This document shows, in pieces, positions 18,791-28,290 of a DNA stretch of 64,000 nt. The stretch comes from an uncultured bacterium (lineage in GTDB: Bacteria > Verrucomicrobiota > Lentisphaeria > Victivallales > UBA1829). Within the stretch, counting starts at the first letter, position 1, and each line of letters starts with the position of its first letter. The notes under the pieces were generated by a model that was not told the DNA's origin, searched no databases, and saw nothing but the letters and a program-made list of their open reading frames with translations. A program made the translations under genes and the position numbers. The stretch is taken from assembly GCA_902762495.1 (NCBI GenBank), contig CACWOL010000006.1, positions 3,771 to 67,770 on the forward strand, read 5' to 3'.

Positions 18791-21700
18791 ATGCCGTACA
18801 CGACACTGGGACTGGATTTAGGAGTCGCCTCCATCGGCTGGGCGCTGATCTCCGAAGACGGAGACAGGGAATTCCACCTGAAGGCATGGGGGTCCCGTAT
18901 TTTCGAGCAGGGACTTGACAGCGGAAGCGGTCTGGACGGGATTTCCGCGGGAAAAGGGACCTCGCGCGCGACCGAGCGCCGCCAGAAAAGGGCGCTGCGC
19001 ACACAGTACAAGCGCCGTCGCGAACGCAAAAATGAACTGAAGCACATCCTGACGGAAAACGGGATGCTCCCCGAACCGTTCACGCCTGAGTTCTTTGTCG
19101 AGCTCGACCGCAAACTTGTGCAGACGCTTCCCGAGGCGGAACGCGAACACGCCGCCCACATCGCGCCGTATCTCTACCGGAAACTCGCGCTTGACCGTCC
19201 CCTCACGAAAGAGGAATTCGGACGCGCGATCTACCATCTGGCGCAGCGCCGCGGCTACCGGAGCAACCGCAAGCTGGACCTGACGGACAAGGACGTTGGC
19301 GTAGTGAAGGAACGCATCGCGGGACTGAAGTCCAAAATGGAGCAGGTGCACGCCCGAACGCTCGCCGAGTATTTCTGTACGATCGATCCGAACAAGGAAC
19401 GTATCCGCGCACGTTACACGGATCGCGCCATGTACGAGGACGAATTCCGCAAGATATGCGAGGCGCAGCGCGCGATCGTCTCCCCCGAACTCGAAAAACA
19501 GCTTCACAAGGCGATATTCTTTCAGCGCAAACTCAAATCCTGCAAAGGGCTCGTCGGGAAATGCGAAATCTACCCGGAACTCCGCCGCTGCTCCATGGCG
19601 AAGGAGGAGGCGCAGCTTTTCCGCATTTACACGACCGTCTCCAACCTCCGCGTACAGAAAGGTGATACCGTCCGTCCACTCACGGATGAGGAACACGACA
19701 ACGCCGTCGCCTTCCTGAACGGCTATTCGGACGACATCAAGAAGGGCAAGGTTTCCCTTGCAACTCTCGGAAAAGTCATCGGGCTTGCCAAAGGTGAAAA
19801 GTTCACGCTCAGTGACGAAAGCAAGGAAATCCACGGAAACGAGCTCCACGCCGCGCTCGTCCGCGTCTTCGGCACGGAAAAGGCCGCCGCCATGAGCGCC
19901 ACAGAACAGGGCACTTTCTTCCACGACCTCAAATCCATTGAGAAGGACGCGATTCTGAAAAAACGCCTCTCCGGCTACTGGAAACTCGCTTCGCCCCAAG
20001 TCGAGGCCGCCATGACGGTTATGCCGCCGGAATCCTATTGCGCGTATTCGCTCCGGGCACTCAGAGAAATGCTCCCAAGTCTTGAATCGGGAGAGTCTCT
20101 CCCGACGATCAAAAAACTCCTTTATCCGAAACAGGTCGGAGCGGAACATGATTTCCTTCCAGTTTTCGACAGCAAAGAATGCAACATTGACATCAGGAAT
20201 CCCCTCGTTCACCGTGTGATCACGGAACTGCGCGCGGTCGTGAACGCGATCATCGCCCGCTACGGCAAGCCGAACGAAATCCATATTGAACTCGCCCGTG
20301 ATCTGAAGACATCCAACAAGGAGAAAGAAAAAATCACCAGTCAGAACAGAAAGCGGGAAAAGGAACGTCATGAAATCGCCGAACGCATCCTCGCGGAAGC
20401 CGGCATCGAAAAACCCTCCCGAAACGACATCCTGAAGGTCATGCTCGCCGATGAATGTAATTATGTCTGTCCATATACGGGAAAAGACCTACGGCCTTTG
20501 AAAAGAATCCTGTACGGGAAAGACATCCACATCGAACACATCATCCCGCTGTCGCGCTCCGGCGACGATTCGTTCCGCAACAAGACCCTTTGTGACGCCT
20601 CCGCGAACAGCGCCAAGAACAACCGTACGCCGTTCGAGGCATACTCCGGCGAACAGTACAGGCAGATTCTCGCACGCGTCGCGCAGTTCAAAGGGCATTA
20701 TGCCGCGGACAAGCTCAAGCTTTTCAAAATGGAAGAGCTGGAAAACGATTTTATCGAGCGCAACCTCAACGACACGCGCTATGCCAGCCGCATCGCCATG
20801 CAGTATCTCGGATTGCTCTACGGCGGCATAAATGACAAAAACCACAAGCAACGTATTTTCGCGACCAACGGACGCACCACTGCCCTGATCCGCAGCGGCT
20901 GGGGTGGAAACGACCTGCTCGGCGAGGGCGAGAAAGTCCGCACGGACCACCGCCACCATGCCATCGACGCCCTCACCATCGCGCTCACCACGCCGGGCAT
21001 GGTGCAGAAACTCGCGTCCATGCCGTCCGAACAGCGCCGCAAGCTCAACGATGCTGGAATTCCACAAATTGATCCTAACTTAAGGAACGAAGCAAAACAG
21101 GCTTTGAACTCCGCCGCCGTCTCCCATCACGTCCGCAACAGACTCCGCGGCGAATTGCATAAGGATACTTTATACAGCAAAGATTACGGGGGAACGGAGC
21201 GCCATGTCCGCGTGAGTCTGGATGCCATGGAGCCGGGCGATGTCGCGAAGATCGTCGACCCCGTCATTCGTGCGCTCGTACTGGAAAAGCTTGGTAGATC
21301 CAACCCGGAAGACGTTACCAAAACTGATTTCAAGCTTTTCTGTGATCCCGCCAATCTTCCCATTCTACGCGATACCAAGGGGAATCCGGTCAACGTGATA
21401 AAAAAGGTGCGCGTCAGGCAGAACCTCAAGACCGTCACGGTTGGATCTGGCGACGGTATCCGAGAGGTTAAGACGGGATCCAACTACGTCCTACCCATTT
21501 TCGCGAAACTGAACGAGAAGGGCGAGGAAACCAAGTGGGAAGGTAAGATCGTCACGCTGCTCGACGCCATCCAGCGGCAGAAACACGGTCTGCCGATCTT
21601 CGAGAAGGACAACCCCGGATACAAGTTCAAATTCTCTCTTAAAAAAGACGACATCGTCAAATGGACCAAAGACGGAAAAGAATATCTATGCGTCGTGAGG

Positions 21701-21871
21701 GGGATCTCCCTCCCGCAATTCTATCTGGTTCCGGTGGAAGAAGCGAGAAGAAAAGGAGATATTCAGAAAGGGGGATGCTGGTTCCCGCTGACCATTTCCC
21801 GTGCATTTAACGGCAAGCTGCAAAAGTACCGCATGAACATTTTCGGGGAACTGCGCGATGCCAACGACTGA
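18791..21871 (+). CDS. cas9: Type II-C Cas9, 1026 aa, catalytic motifs intact
   Basis: RuvC-I LGLDLGVASIGWA; Arg-rich bridge helix; RuvC-II IHIELAR; HNH IEHIIPLSRSGDDSFRNK..N..K; RuvC-III HRHHAIDA. Confidence 0.97.
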   Translation: MPYTTLGLDLGVASIGWALISEDGDREFHLKAWGSRIFEQGLDSGSGLDGISAGKGTSRATERRQKRALRTQYKRRRERKNELKHILTENGMLPEPFTPEFFVELDRKLVQTLPEAEREHAAHIAPYLYRKLALDRPLTKEEFGRAIYHLAQRRGYRSNRKLDLTDKDVGVVKERIAGLKSKMEQVHARTLAEYFCTIDPNKERIRARYTDRAMYEDEFRKICEAQRAIVSPELEKQLHKAIFFQRKLKSCKGLVGKCEIYPELRRCSMAKEEAQLFRIYTTVSNLRVQKGDTVRPLTDEEHDNAVAFLNGYSDDIKKGKVSLATLGKVIGLAKGEKFTLSDESKEIHGNELHAALVRVFGTEKAAAMSATEQGTFFHDLKSIEKDAILKKRLSGYWKLASPQVEAAMTVMPPESYCAYSLRALREMLPSLESGESLPTIKKLLYPKQVGAEHDFLPVFDSKECNIDIRNPLVHRVITELRAVVNAIIARYGKPNEIHIELARDLKTSNKEKEKITSQNRKREKERHEIAERILAEAGIEKPSRNDILKVMLADECNYVCPYTGKDLRPLKRILYGKDIHIEHIIPLSRSGDDSFRNKTLCDASANSAKNNRTPFEAYSGEQYRQILARVAQFKGHYAADKLKLFKMEELENDFIERNLNDTRYASRIAMQYLGLLYGGINDKNHKQRIFATNGRTTALIRSGWGGNDLLGEGEKVRTDHRHHAIDALTIALTTPGMVQKLASMPSEQRRKLNDAGIPQIDPNLRNEAKQALNSAAVSHHVRNRLRGELHKDTLYSKDYGGTERHVRVSLDAMEPGDVAKIVDPVIRALVLEKLGRSNPEDVTKTDFKLFCDPANLPILRDTKGNPVNVIKKVRVRQNLKTVTVGSGDGIREVKTGSNYVLPIFAKLNEKGEETKWEGKIVTLLDAIQRQKHGLPIFEKDNPGYKFKFSLKKDDIVKWTKDGKEYLCVVRGISLPQFYLVPVEEARRKGDIQKGGCWFPLTISRAFNGKLQKYRMNIFGELRDAND

Positions 21872-21887
21872 CACATTGTCAAGACTG

Positions 21888-21935
21888 CAAAAAAACAAAA
21901 AGCATCGCATTCCATTTCTGGATAACGATGCTTTT
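21888..21935 (-). terminator. Intrinsic terminator closing the minus-strand CRISPR transcript, convergent with cas9
   Basis: 10-bp stem AAAAGCATCG/CGATGCTTTT followed on the minus strand by TGTTTTTTT. Confidence 0.7.
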
Positions 21936-21961
21936 CTGTGGTACACTTGTTATTTGAAATC

Positions 21962-22321
21962 AGATCAGGGTACCATTTGAACTCTACAAGCCCCAGCACA
22001 GTGTTGCACTGCCGCCATTCCGACGCCAATCAAGTGTACCGTTTGAACTCTACAAGCCCCAGCAAGGTCTCGAATGGGACGGCAAATAGAAGTAATCAGG
22101 TGTACCGTTTAAACTCTACAAGCCCCAGCTGATTCTCATGGCGAACCCTGACGCAACCGAATCAAGTGTACCGTTTGAACTCTACAAGCCCCAGCCAGCA
22201 AACCATCTGCCTTGATTGCGGCGCGAATCAAGTGTGCCGTTTGAACTCTACAAGCCCCAGCATGTATTCCGCCTCCAGTGGATCGGACGGGAATCAAGTG
22301 TACCGTTTGAACTCTACAAGC
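21962..22321 (-). CRISPR. CRISPR array: 6 repeats (36 nt, minus-strand consensus GCTGGGGCTTGTAGAGTTCAAACGGTACACTTGATT) and 5 spacers of 30 nt
   Basis: Repeats at 21962-21997 (degenerate), 22028-22063, 22094-22129, 22160-22195, 22226-22261 and 22292-22321 (30 nt, truncated); orientation set by tracr pairing. Confidence 0.97.
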
Positions 22322-22406
22322 ATGTGGAGTTCAGGTTGTCAAAGAACACGGAATCAATATAGCACGGAAACCGGGAAAAACAAGCGGAAACCGGAAAACG
22401 AGGCAC

Positions 22407-22448
22407 AAAAAAGGCGGGCTCCTGCCCAACCAAGAAACAGGAGTCCGC
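22407..22448 (-). terminator. Intrinsic terminator, probably the original groEL operon terminator displaced by the insertion
   Basis: GCGGACTCCTG/CAGGAGCCCGC stem plus TTTTTT on the minus strand, ~120 nt beyond the att copy of the groEL 3' end. Confidence 0.6.
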
Positions 22449-22565
22449 TCGTTTGTTTTGCGTTTTGGGGTCGCTTCGCTCCTCGGAAAACTCGCTTACG
22501 CTCGATAGATTACTTACCGCGAGGCGCGAAATCCGAGGGGGAAATACCCCGGGCAGTAAGCTGAA

Positions 22566-22577
22566 TTACATCATGCC
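22566..22577 (+). repeat. att direct repeat TTACATCATGCC (left junction)
   Basis: Identical to 30554-30565, the last codons of groEL (GGC ATG ATG TAA). Confidence 0.85.
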
Positions 22578-22699
22578 TGTAAATTTTTATGCTCAAAAGC
22601 AAGAAAATTTTCTGTTTTGTGCTTGTAATTTGCCTTTTTGATGCTATTTTATACCAAACACGGGCAAATAAACACAAACAAGCAAAGGATCGGTAAAAA

Positions 22700-24115
22700 A
22701 TGGCACGAACGACACGCGGACGGCTGTATAAACGAGGGAAGAAGGGAAACTATTATCTCCAGTATTACCAAAACGGCATAGAGCACCGCGAAGCCTTGCG
22801 AGACGAACACGGCGAACCGATAACCGGGGCCGATGCCGCAAGGGCCGCCGCAGATCGCATTCTTGCCCCGCTACGCTTTAAGGATGACGCGCAGAAGCTC
22901 CGAACGCTTGTAAGTGAGCTTTCCTCTTTGGAAAAGAAAGCGGAAGATGCCACCGCCGCACTGAAAAACCAGGCCGCGACACTTGAAAACGGCTGGGAAT
23001 GCTTTTTGAAATGTCCGACTTGCCCGGACACTTACACGCGATACGGGCAGAGCGAACCGCCGCACGACAGCCGCGCTTATATATCCAGGGGGTACTATCG
23101 GAATTTTGTTTCCTGGACGCAGAAGCATCACCCGGAAATCATACTTTTAAGCGAAGTATCCGAAGGTATAGCGCAAGAGTACATTAACACGCTGAAAGAA
23201 AAGTATGGATCAAACGGGCGGCCAGTTAATGAAAGATTGCGAATACTGAAACAGATGTATTTTTCCATGCTGGAAGATGAAAAAATAGTTATGCCGCGCG
23301 ACCCGTTCAAAAGGATAAGAAGGCTAAAAACATTTACAACCACGAAAGACGCGCTCACGATAGAGGAAGTCCAGCGGCTTGTAAGCGCCGCCAAAGATGC
23401 TGAAATGCGGAGACTTGTTTTAATCGGTTTTTGTACGGGCTTGCGGCTGGGGGATTGCTGTACGCTCCAATGGGGAGAAGTGGATCTGATAAGACGTGTT
23501 ATTTCACGGATTCCGAATAAAATGTGCGACCGGGTACAGAACCCGGAGAATGTACGAGTAAAAGTAGGGATTCCCGCCCTTTTGATGAACGAGCTTTTAG
23601 CAATTCCAGCAGAACAGCGAACCGGGCCAGTATTGCCGCATTTATGCGAACAGTACAACGAACGCCACACGGGGCTTTATAAGCAGATCAGAGCGCTTTT
23701 CAAAAGCGCAAAGATTGTTACAATCAAGCCAGGGAGTAAAGACGCGCAACATCCGCACGGGATTATCATAAAGGGCTTTCATTCGCTCCGGCATACATTC
23801 GTTAGCCTAAGCGCCGAAGCCGGGGCCCCACAACACGTTATACAGCGGATTGTCGGGCATAGTTCGCCCTTGATGACGATGCATTACACGCACCTGGGAA
23901 ACGCCGATCTATTGCGAAGCGCCGACAGCCTGCCAGCCTTGCCCCTGGAGACCGCGCCAGGAAAGGAGACCGCCGGGGCCGCCGCCGTGATCGATGTTTC
24001 GCCCCTGGAGACCGACGATCAGACGGAACGCGATCGGGCAGAACTCCGGGCGCTTGCCGACACCCTGCCGCCGGATCAGATCCGGGAAATACTGAACCAT
24101 TACCGGGGAGCTTGA
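22700..24115 (+). CDS. int: Tyrosine recombinase/integrase
   Basis: TGLRLGDC (R), FHSLRH (HxxR), VGH, MTMHY (Y); N-terminal arm-binding-like beta motif. Confidence 0.93.
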   Translation: MARTTRGRLYKRGKKGNYYLQYYQNGIEHREALRDEHGEPITGADAARAAADRILAPLRFKDDAQKLRTLVSELSSLEKKAEDATAALKNQAATLENGWECFLKCPTCPDTYTRYGQSEPPHDSRAYISRGYYRNFVSWTQKHHPEIILLSEVSEGIAQEYINTLKEKYGSNGRPVNERLRILKQMYFSMLEDEKIVMPRDPFKRIRRLKTFTTTKDALTIEEVQRLVSAAKDAEMRRLVLIGFCTGLRLGDCCTLQWGEVDLIRRVISRIPNKMCDRVQNPENVRVKVGIPALLMNELLAIPAEQRTGPVLPHLCEQYNERHTGLYKQIRALFKSAKIVTIKPGSKDAQHPHGIIIKGFHSLRHTFVSLSAEAGAPQHVIQRIVGHSSPLMTMHYTHLGNADLLRSADSLPALPLETAPGKETAGAAAVIDVSPLETDDQTERDRAELRALADTLPPDQIREILNHYRGA

Positions 24116-24118
24116 AGC

Positions 24119-24961
24119 ATGACAGATAAACAGAAAAAAATAGTCGATGATTATATATCGAACGTGAAAAGCCGTTATTCGGATATTTTTGATTTTGTGT
24201 TATTCCTTCCTTGCTCTACCCCTTCTTTTTGGGGGAAAGAGCTTATAGATCGGCTATCAGATTCAGACCGGGAAAAGTTGGATAGTTTTCTATCAGAAGC
24301 GCGCCCCATTCGCGAGGACATTAGCTTTTGTCAAGAAAAAATACAAGCGCGGATGAATTGTTGTATAGACCATGTAGAAAGAATTGCAGCCGGAACAGAA
24401 GCGCCAAGAGACGCTATGCAGCTTTACTTGACATTCTACGGCCTTTTTGATGAAAGCATACGTTTTTCCGCGCTTGCGATGCAGTCTATAATGCTTTCCG
24501 AAAGGATCGCGCGCCTGCTGGAGAAGTATAGCGACGAAGAAACGAACACCGCCGCACGTCAGCACCTGGACGAGGTAAAAAAGATACTTGACGTGATCCA
24601 CGAGGAACACGCCGCCACGCGGGAAATGATAGGAGATCAGCACCGCCACGCCTGGGAACGCTGGGCCACTGTTCCCGAATGTGTACGCGCTATTGTGGAT
24701 ATGGCAAAGACCGAAAAAGCCGACGGGAAAAATATTTCTCTACCAGGGAATGAAAACACGTTACGGATTAAAATTTCAAACTGGTTAAATGAGCACGGAA
24801 AGCGCCGGGAAGGAACGCAGAAAAAACCGTATTTTCAGACCGCAGATATAGCAGATGCCGCAGGAGTTTTTTATAAAGAATTTGAGCCCGTTCAATATCT
24901 CCGGGAGTTTGAAAAAATCGGCATTCCCGCCGAACGCATACAGAAACCAAAAAAGAAATAA
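24119..24961 (+). CDS. Hypothetical protein of the element, possibly with a C-terminal DNA-binding domain
   Basis: 280-aa ORF 3 nt after int; low GC; no recognisable family. Confidence 0.6.
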   Translation: MTDKQKKIVDDYISNVKSRYSDIFDFVLFLPCSTPSFWGKELIDRLSDSDREKLDSFLSEARPIREDISFCQEKIQARMNCCIDHVERIAAGTEAPRDAMQLYLTFYGLFDESIRFSALAMQSIMLSERIARLLEKYSDEETNTAARQHLDEVKKILDVIHEEHAATREMIGDQHRHAWERWATVPECVRAIVDMAKTEKADGKNISLPGNENTLRIKISNWLNEHGKRREGTQKKPYFQTADIADAAGVFYKEFEPVQYLREFEKIGIPAERIQKPKKK

Positions 24962-24973
24962 ACTCGAAAAGGG

Positions 24974-25079
24974 TTTTAGAGGAGTTTTAGAGGAATTATA
25001 AAAAATTGTGCTGTTTTTTTGAGCTGGAGACGCACCACCACGCGCACCGTCTCCGGCTTTTTTTAGAGGATTTTAGAGG
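24974..25079 (+). promoter_or_regulatory. Four TTTTAGAGG boxes in two tandem pairs flanking a GGAGACG/CGTCTCC hairpin; likely operator array
   Basis: Copies at 24974, 24985, 25061 and 25071, upstream of the HTH/primase operon. Confidence 0.55.
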
Positions 25080-25130
25080 GGGAATAGTACATTTTCGGCA
25101 GTTCCAACACGCAACAAAAAACGCAAGGAG

Positions 25131-25469
25131 ATGCCAAAAATGGAAATCAGAACCAAGATCACGCCGCAAGTGATCGCCGCCGCCACTGGATTACTGCAAC
25201 CCTTCATCCCCGATCTTTCCCCGCAGGGGCTTGTTTCAGCCTTGAAGGAGTACAACGCCAGCAAGCCGAAGCCGGAGCCGGATAATCGGCCCATGACCCG
25301 CCAAGAGGCCGCCGAGCTGCTGAAGTGCTCCAGAAACACGATCAGCCACTATCTTTCAATCGGCAAGCTCCGCAAGATCACGCTTACAGCAAGATCATGC
25401 CGGATCGATCCCGCGAGTGTTCGCGCCCTGCTTTCCGGGGAGACCGCCAGCGCCAGCCAGGAAGGATAA
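25131..25469 (+). CDS. Helix-turn-helix (excisionase/AlpA-like) DNA-binding protein
   Basis: MTRQEAAELLKCSRNTISHYLSIGKL..RID matches the MerR-type HTH_17 pattern. Confidence 0.78.
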   Translation: MPKMEIRTKITPQVIAAATGLLQPFIPDLSPQGLVSALKEYNASKPKPEPDNRPMTRQEAAELLKCSRNTISHYLSIGKLRKITLTARSCRIDPASVRALLSGETASASQEG

Positions 25470-25476
25470 GCCGAGA

Positions 25477-27639
25477 ATGCACACGCACGACGATATAGCC
25501 CAATATCTGAACGCTCTTTCCGCCGACATTGATCGCGCCGCCTGGATTGACATTATGAGCGCTTTTAAATCAGCCGGGGGAGATTACGAAACCTTCCGCG
25601 CCTGGAGCGCCACCGCGCCGCACCGATTCGACGAGAACGATTGTAACAGCGCCTGGAACAGCATCACGCCGTCCGGGAATCCCGAAGGGGCCGGCGGGAT
25701 GCTCCGTAAAAGGGCGAAAGAAGCCGGGGCAACATTCGACGATCTGCCGCGCCGAGCCAGGAAAGCACCGACGGCCCCGCCGCCACCGCCGCCCATTCCT
25801 GGAGCGATCCCACCGCCGCCACCGCCGCCGTCAGCGCCAGGAGACACCGGCCTGCAGGGGTATAAACCGGGCTTTCTGCCGGGGGCCGCGCTCCGCCCTT
25901 CCCCTGGAGCGAACACCGCGCCGAAAAGATTGATCGAACAGAGTGCCGAACACCGTGCCCAGGCTTTGCCATACCTTGAAAAGCGAGGCATTACCGCCGC
26001 CACCGCCGAACGTTTCAAGATAGGCTATGCCGAACATTTCGAGCTTGCCGGAACCCACGAACCGCGCATTATTATCCCTTACCCTGGAGCGGAACCGCCG
26101 TATTTTGTAGCCCGCAGACTTTCAGCGGCCGGAGACAAGGACGGGAAAAAGTATCTGTATCCGGCAGGGGTAAAAAAGCCGCTGTTCAATTTGCCCGCCC
26201 TCACGAGCGGCGAAAAGGCCGTTTTTATAACAGAGGGGCAGATCGACGCAATGACGCTTGAACAGCAGGGCGGGGCCGCCGTCGCAAGCAACGAAGAAAG
26301 CCAAATTATAAACGCGATCAGAACCGAGAAGGATTTAACGGCACAGATTTTTATAATCGTTCCCGACGATGACCGAACCGGAAAAAATAAGGCTTTCGCA
26401 AAAATCGAAGCGCTGAAAAAGGCCGGATTTCAAGCGTATATTTACCGCATTCCCGAAGGGTATCACGATGTAAACGATTTTTTCTTGAAGGCTGGGGCCG
26501 ATGCGTTTGCCGCCTGGATCGCGTCAGCGAAATGCCCTCTTTTACAATACTGCGTCGATTTTGCCGACGTGCAGGATGATCCACCGGAATTGCCGCCGCT
26601 TTTGATCCATGATATTCTGCGATGCGGCGAAAAGATGCTTATTTCGGGGCCGTCGAAGGCCGGAAAGACCTGGTTTTTAATTCAAATGGCGCTTGACATT
26701 TCCACCGGGCACGCCTGGTATGGTTATCAGTGCGAGAAAGCCCCGATTTTATATCTAAATCTCGAACTGAAAACGAACGCTTTCAGAAAACGGATTATAG
26801 ATGTATCTCAACGGCTGGGCTTGCGCGTCGATTATAAAATCTTCCACGTCGTGAACCTTTGCGACCTCGAAAAGCAGTATAAAGACGATCTCGGACGATT
26901 GATCTTTTCAATAATTGAGCTTGCGAGAGCGATTAAGGCCAGGGCCATTTTCATTGATCCCATTTACAAATGCGGCCTTGAAGATGAGAACAGCGCCAAA
27001 GACGTTTCGAAATTCTGCCGCCTGCTGGATGAAATGACGGACGAAACCGGGGCCGCCGTGATTTACTGCCACCATTTTTCGAAGGGCTTGCAATACGAAA
27101 AAAACGCGATCGATCGCGCCAGCGGATCGGGAGTATTCGCCAGGGATGCGGATGCGATTGTAACGCTTTCAGAGCTTGAAGCCCCGGACGGCTACCGGAT
27201 CGAAGCCACCTTGCGAGGATTCAAAAGGCCGGGGCCGCTTTCGATCCGGTTTGAACATCCTTTGCATGTTCTCGCGCCGGAGCTGAACGACTGCCCGCTG
27301 AAAGGATCGAAGCCGCCGCGCCAGGGGAAGGGAACCGGGCGCGTAGATTATGCCGTTCTTGATGATGCGTCGAAAAAAGTAATCCTCGATGAAGCCGCGA
27401 AAATCTGCCCATGCAAAAAGACGGCTTTTGTTGATGCCATAGCAGACCGAATATCCCAGGGGAAAAACCGCGCCGGAGAGCTGGTAACGCAGATGATCAC
27501 CGCCGGGGTGCTTATCTGCACGAGAGACGCAAAGAACAACAACACAAAAATGATCTCGATCCCGCCGCCGGAGCCCGACGAGGCCGACGAGGAACCCGAC
27601 GAAGAACCCGACGACTTGATCGATTATGACAGCGTTTGA
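25477..27639 (+). CDS. Primase-helicase fusion (PriCT-2-like, DnaG-type TOPRIM, AAA_25/RepA-type helicase)
   Basis: DRAAWIDIMSAF..W (PriCT-2); FITEGQIDAM, PDDDRTG, DVNDF (TOPRIM); GPSKAGKT Walker A, IFIDP, HHFSKG. Confidence 0.85.
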   Translation: MHTHDDIAQYLNALSADIDRAAWIDIMSAFKSAGGDYETFRAWSATAPHRFDENDCNSAWNSITPSGNPEGAGGMLRKRAKEAGATFDDLPRRARKAPTAPPPPPPIPGAIPPPPPPPSAPGDTGLQGYKPGFLPGAALRPSPGANTAPKRLIEQSAEHRAQALPYLEKRGITAATAERFKIGYAEHFELAGTHEPRIIIPYPGAEPPYFVARRLSAAGDKDGKKYLYPAGVKKPLFNLPALTSGEKAVFITEGQIDAMTLEQQGGAAVASNEESQIINAIRTEKDLTAQIFIIVPDDDRTGKNKAFAKIEALKKAGFQAYIYRIPEGYHDVNDFFLKAGADAFAAWIASAKCPLLQYCVDFADVQDDPPELPPLLIHDILRCGEKMLISGPSKAGKTWFLIQMALDISTGHAWYGYQCEKAPILYLNLELKTNAFRKRIIDVSQRLGLRVDYKIFHVVNLCDLEKQYKDDLGRLIFSIIELARAIKARAIFIDPIYKCGLEDENSAKDVSKFCRLLDEMTDETGAAVIYCHHFSKGLQYEKNAIDRASGSGVFARDADAIVTLSELEAPDGYRIEATLRGFKRPGPLSIRFEHPLHVLAPELNDCPLKGSKPPRQGKGTGRVDYAVLDDASKKVILDEAAKICPCKKTAFVDAIADRISQGKNRAGELVTQMITAGVLICTRDAKNNNTKMISIPPPEPDEADEEPDEEPDDLIDYDSV

Positions 27640-27760
27640 ACTGGTTTTTTACTTGTTTGAACTGGTTTTTTAGGTTTTTTACGCTAAAATCTAACAAATC
27701 AGAGGGGGCGGTTTTTTAGAGTTTTATTAGAAAACCCCATAGGGGTTTCTAAAAAACCGG
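27634..27760. other. Putative replication origin (iterons plus palindrome)
   Basis: GTTTGAACTGGTTTTTTA twice (27634, 27655), more GGTTTTTTA copies, a near-palindrome TAGAAAACCCC..GGGGTTTCTA and an inverted TAAAAAACC, directly downstream of the primase-helicase. Confidence 0.5.
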
Positions 27761-28047
27761 AAAACCAGCCCACTGTTAGCGCATGAAAGAACATCACGCC
27801 ACCATGAAACAGCCACCAACACACAGCCAGTTGGAAACGCCGATCCGCCACGCCGCCGCCTTCCTGGAGCGACAGAAGGACAAAGCGCCGACGCAGGCCA
27901 GCTGCCACGATCTTCCGCGCTGGATCACACGACAGCCGCCGACGGCCTGCCGTCCTGGATCATTCCGATCAGCCAACCCGCCGCGCCGCCGATAACGTGA
28001 CGAACGCGACAAACACAAACCACAAACCCGAAGGAGTAGCCCAAACC

Positions 28048-28290
28048 ATGAACCCCGAAACCCCAGAATGCCGTTTTTGTAAATGGTTCAGAACCGAAGA
28101 AGATGTATCAATGCCATTTTCGTTCATTGGCCCGCATGGATACTACAAGCAGAGAATTGTATCTTTTTGCTGTTTTAATCCGCCCGATGGAAACGCGCCG
28201 TATCCGTGGAACTTTGGCGAAACCGTGCCGGATGCAATGTGTTCCAAATGGGAGCAGGCAGAACAGCCGGCAGACGATTCCGACCAGTAA
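28048..28290 (+). CDS. Small Cys-rich phage-type hypothetical protein
   Basis: AAGGAG RBS; CRFCKWF...CCFNPP...CSKWE pattern. Confidence 0.6.
   Translation: MNPETPECRFCKWFRTEEDVSMPFSFIGPHGYYKQRIVSFCCFNPPDGNAPYPWNFGETVPDAMCSKWEQAEQPADDSDQ

Noticed and set aside
22450-22560. Structured segment between the array and the att site (possible tRNA, tmRNA or ncRNA)
   Set aside because: No cloverleaf, T-loop or CCA; it reads as the groEL 3' UTR with hairpins
18791-24115. Idea that Cas9 and the neighbouring integrase form a CRISPR-guided integration system
   Set aside because: The att repeat at 22566 and the displaced groEL terminator place cas9 and the array outside the element; Cas9 is catalytically intact; no TnsABC/TniQ
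24973-24993. GTTTTAGAG resembles the start of the S. pyogenes CRISPR repeat
   Set aside because: Only 9 nt, no spacers, unrelated to the local repeat; better explained as operator boxes
27783-27995. 70-aa ORF after the ori-like region
   Set aside because: No RBS or motif, low-complexity composition; cannot be supported as coding
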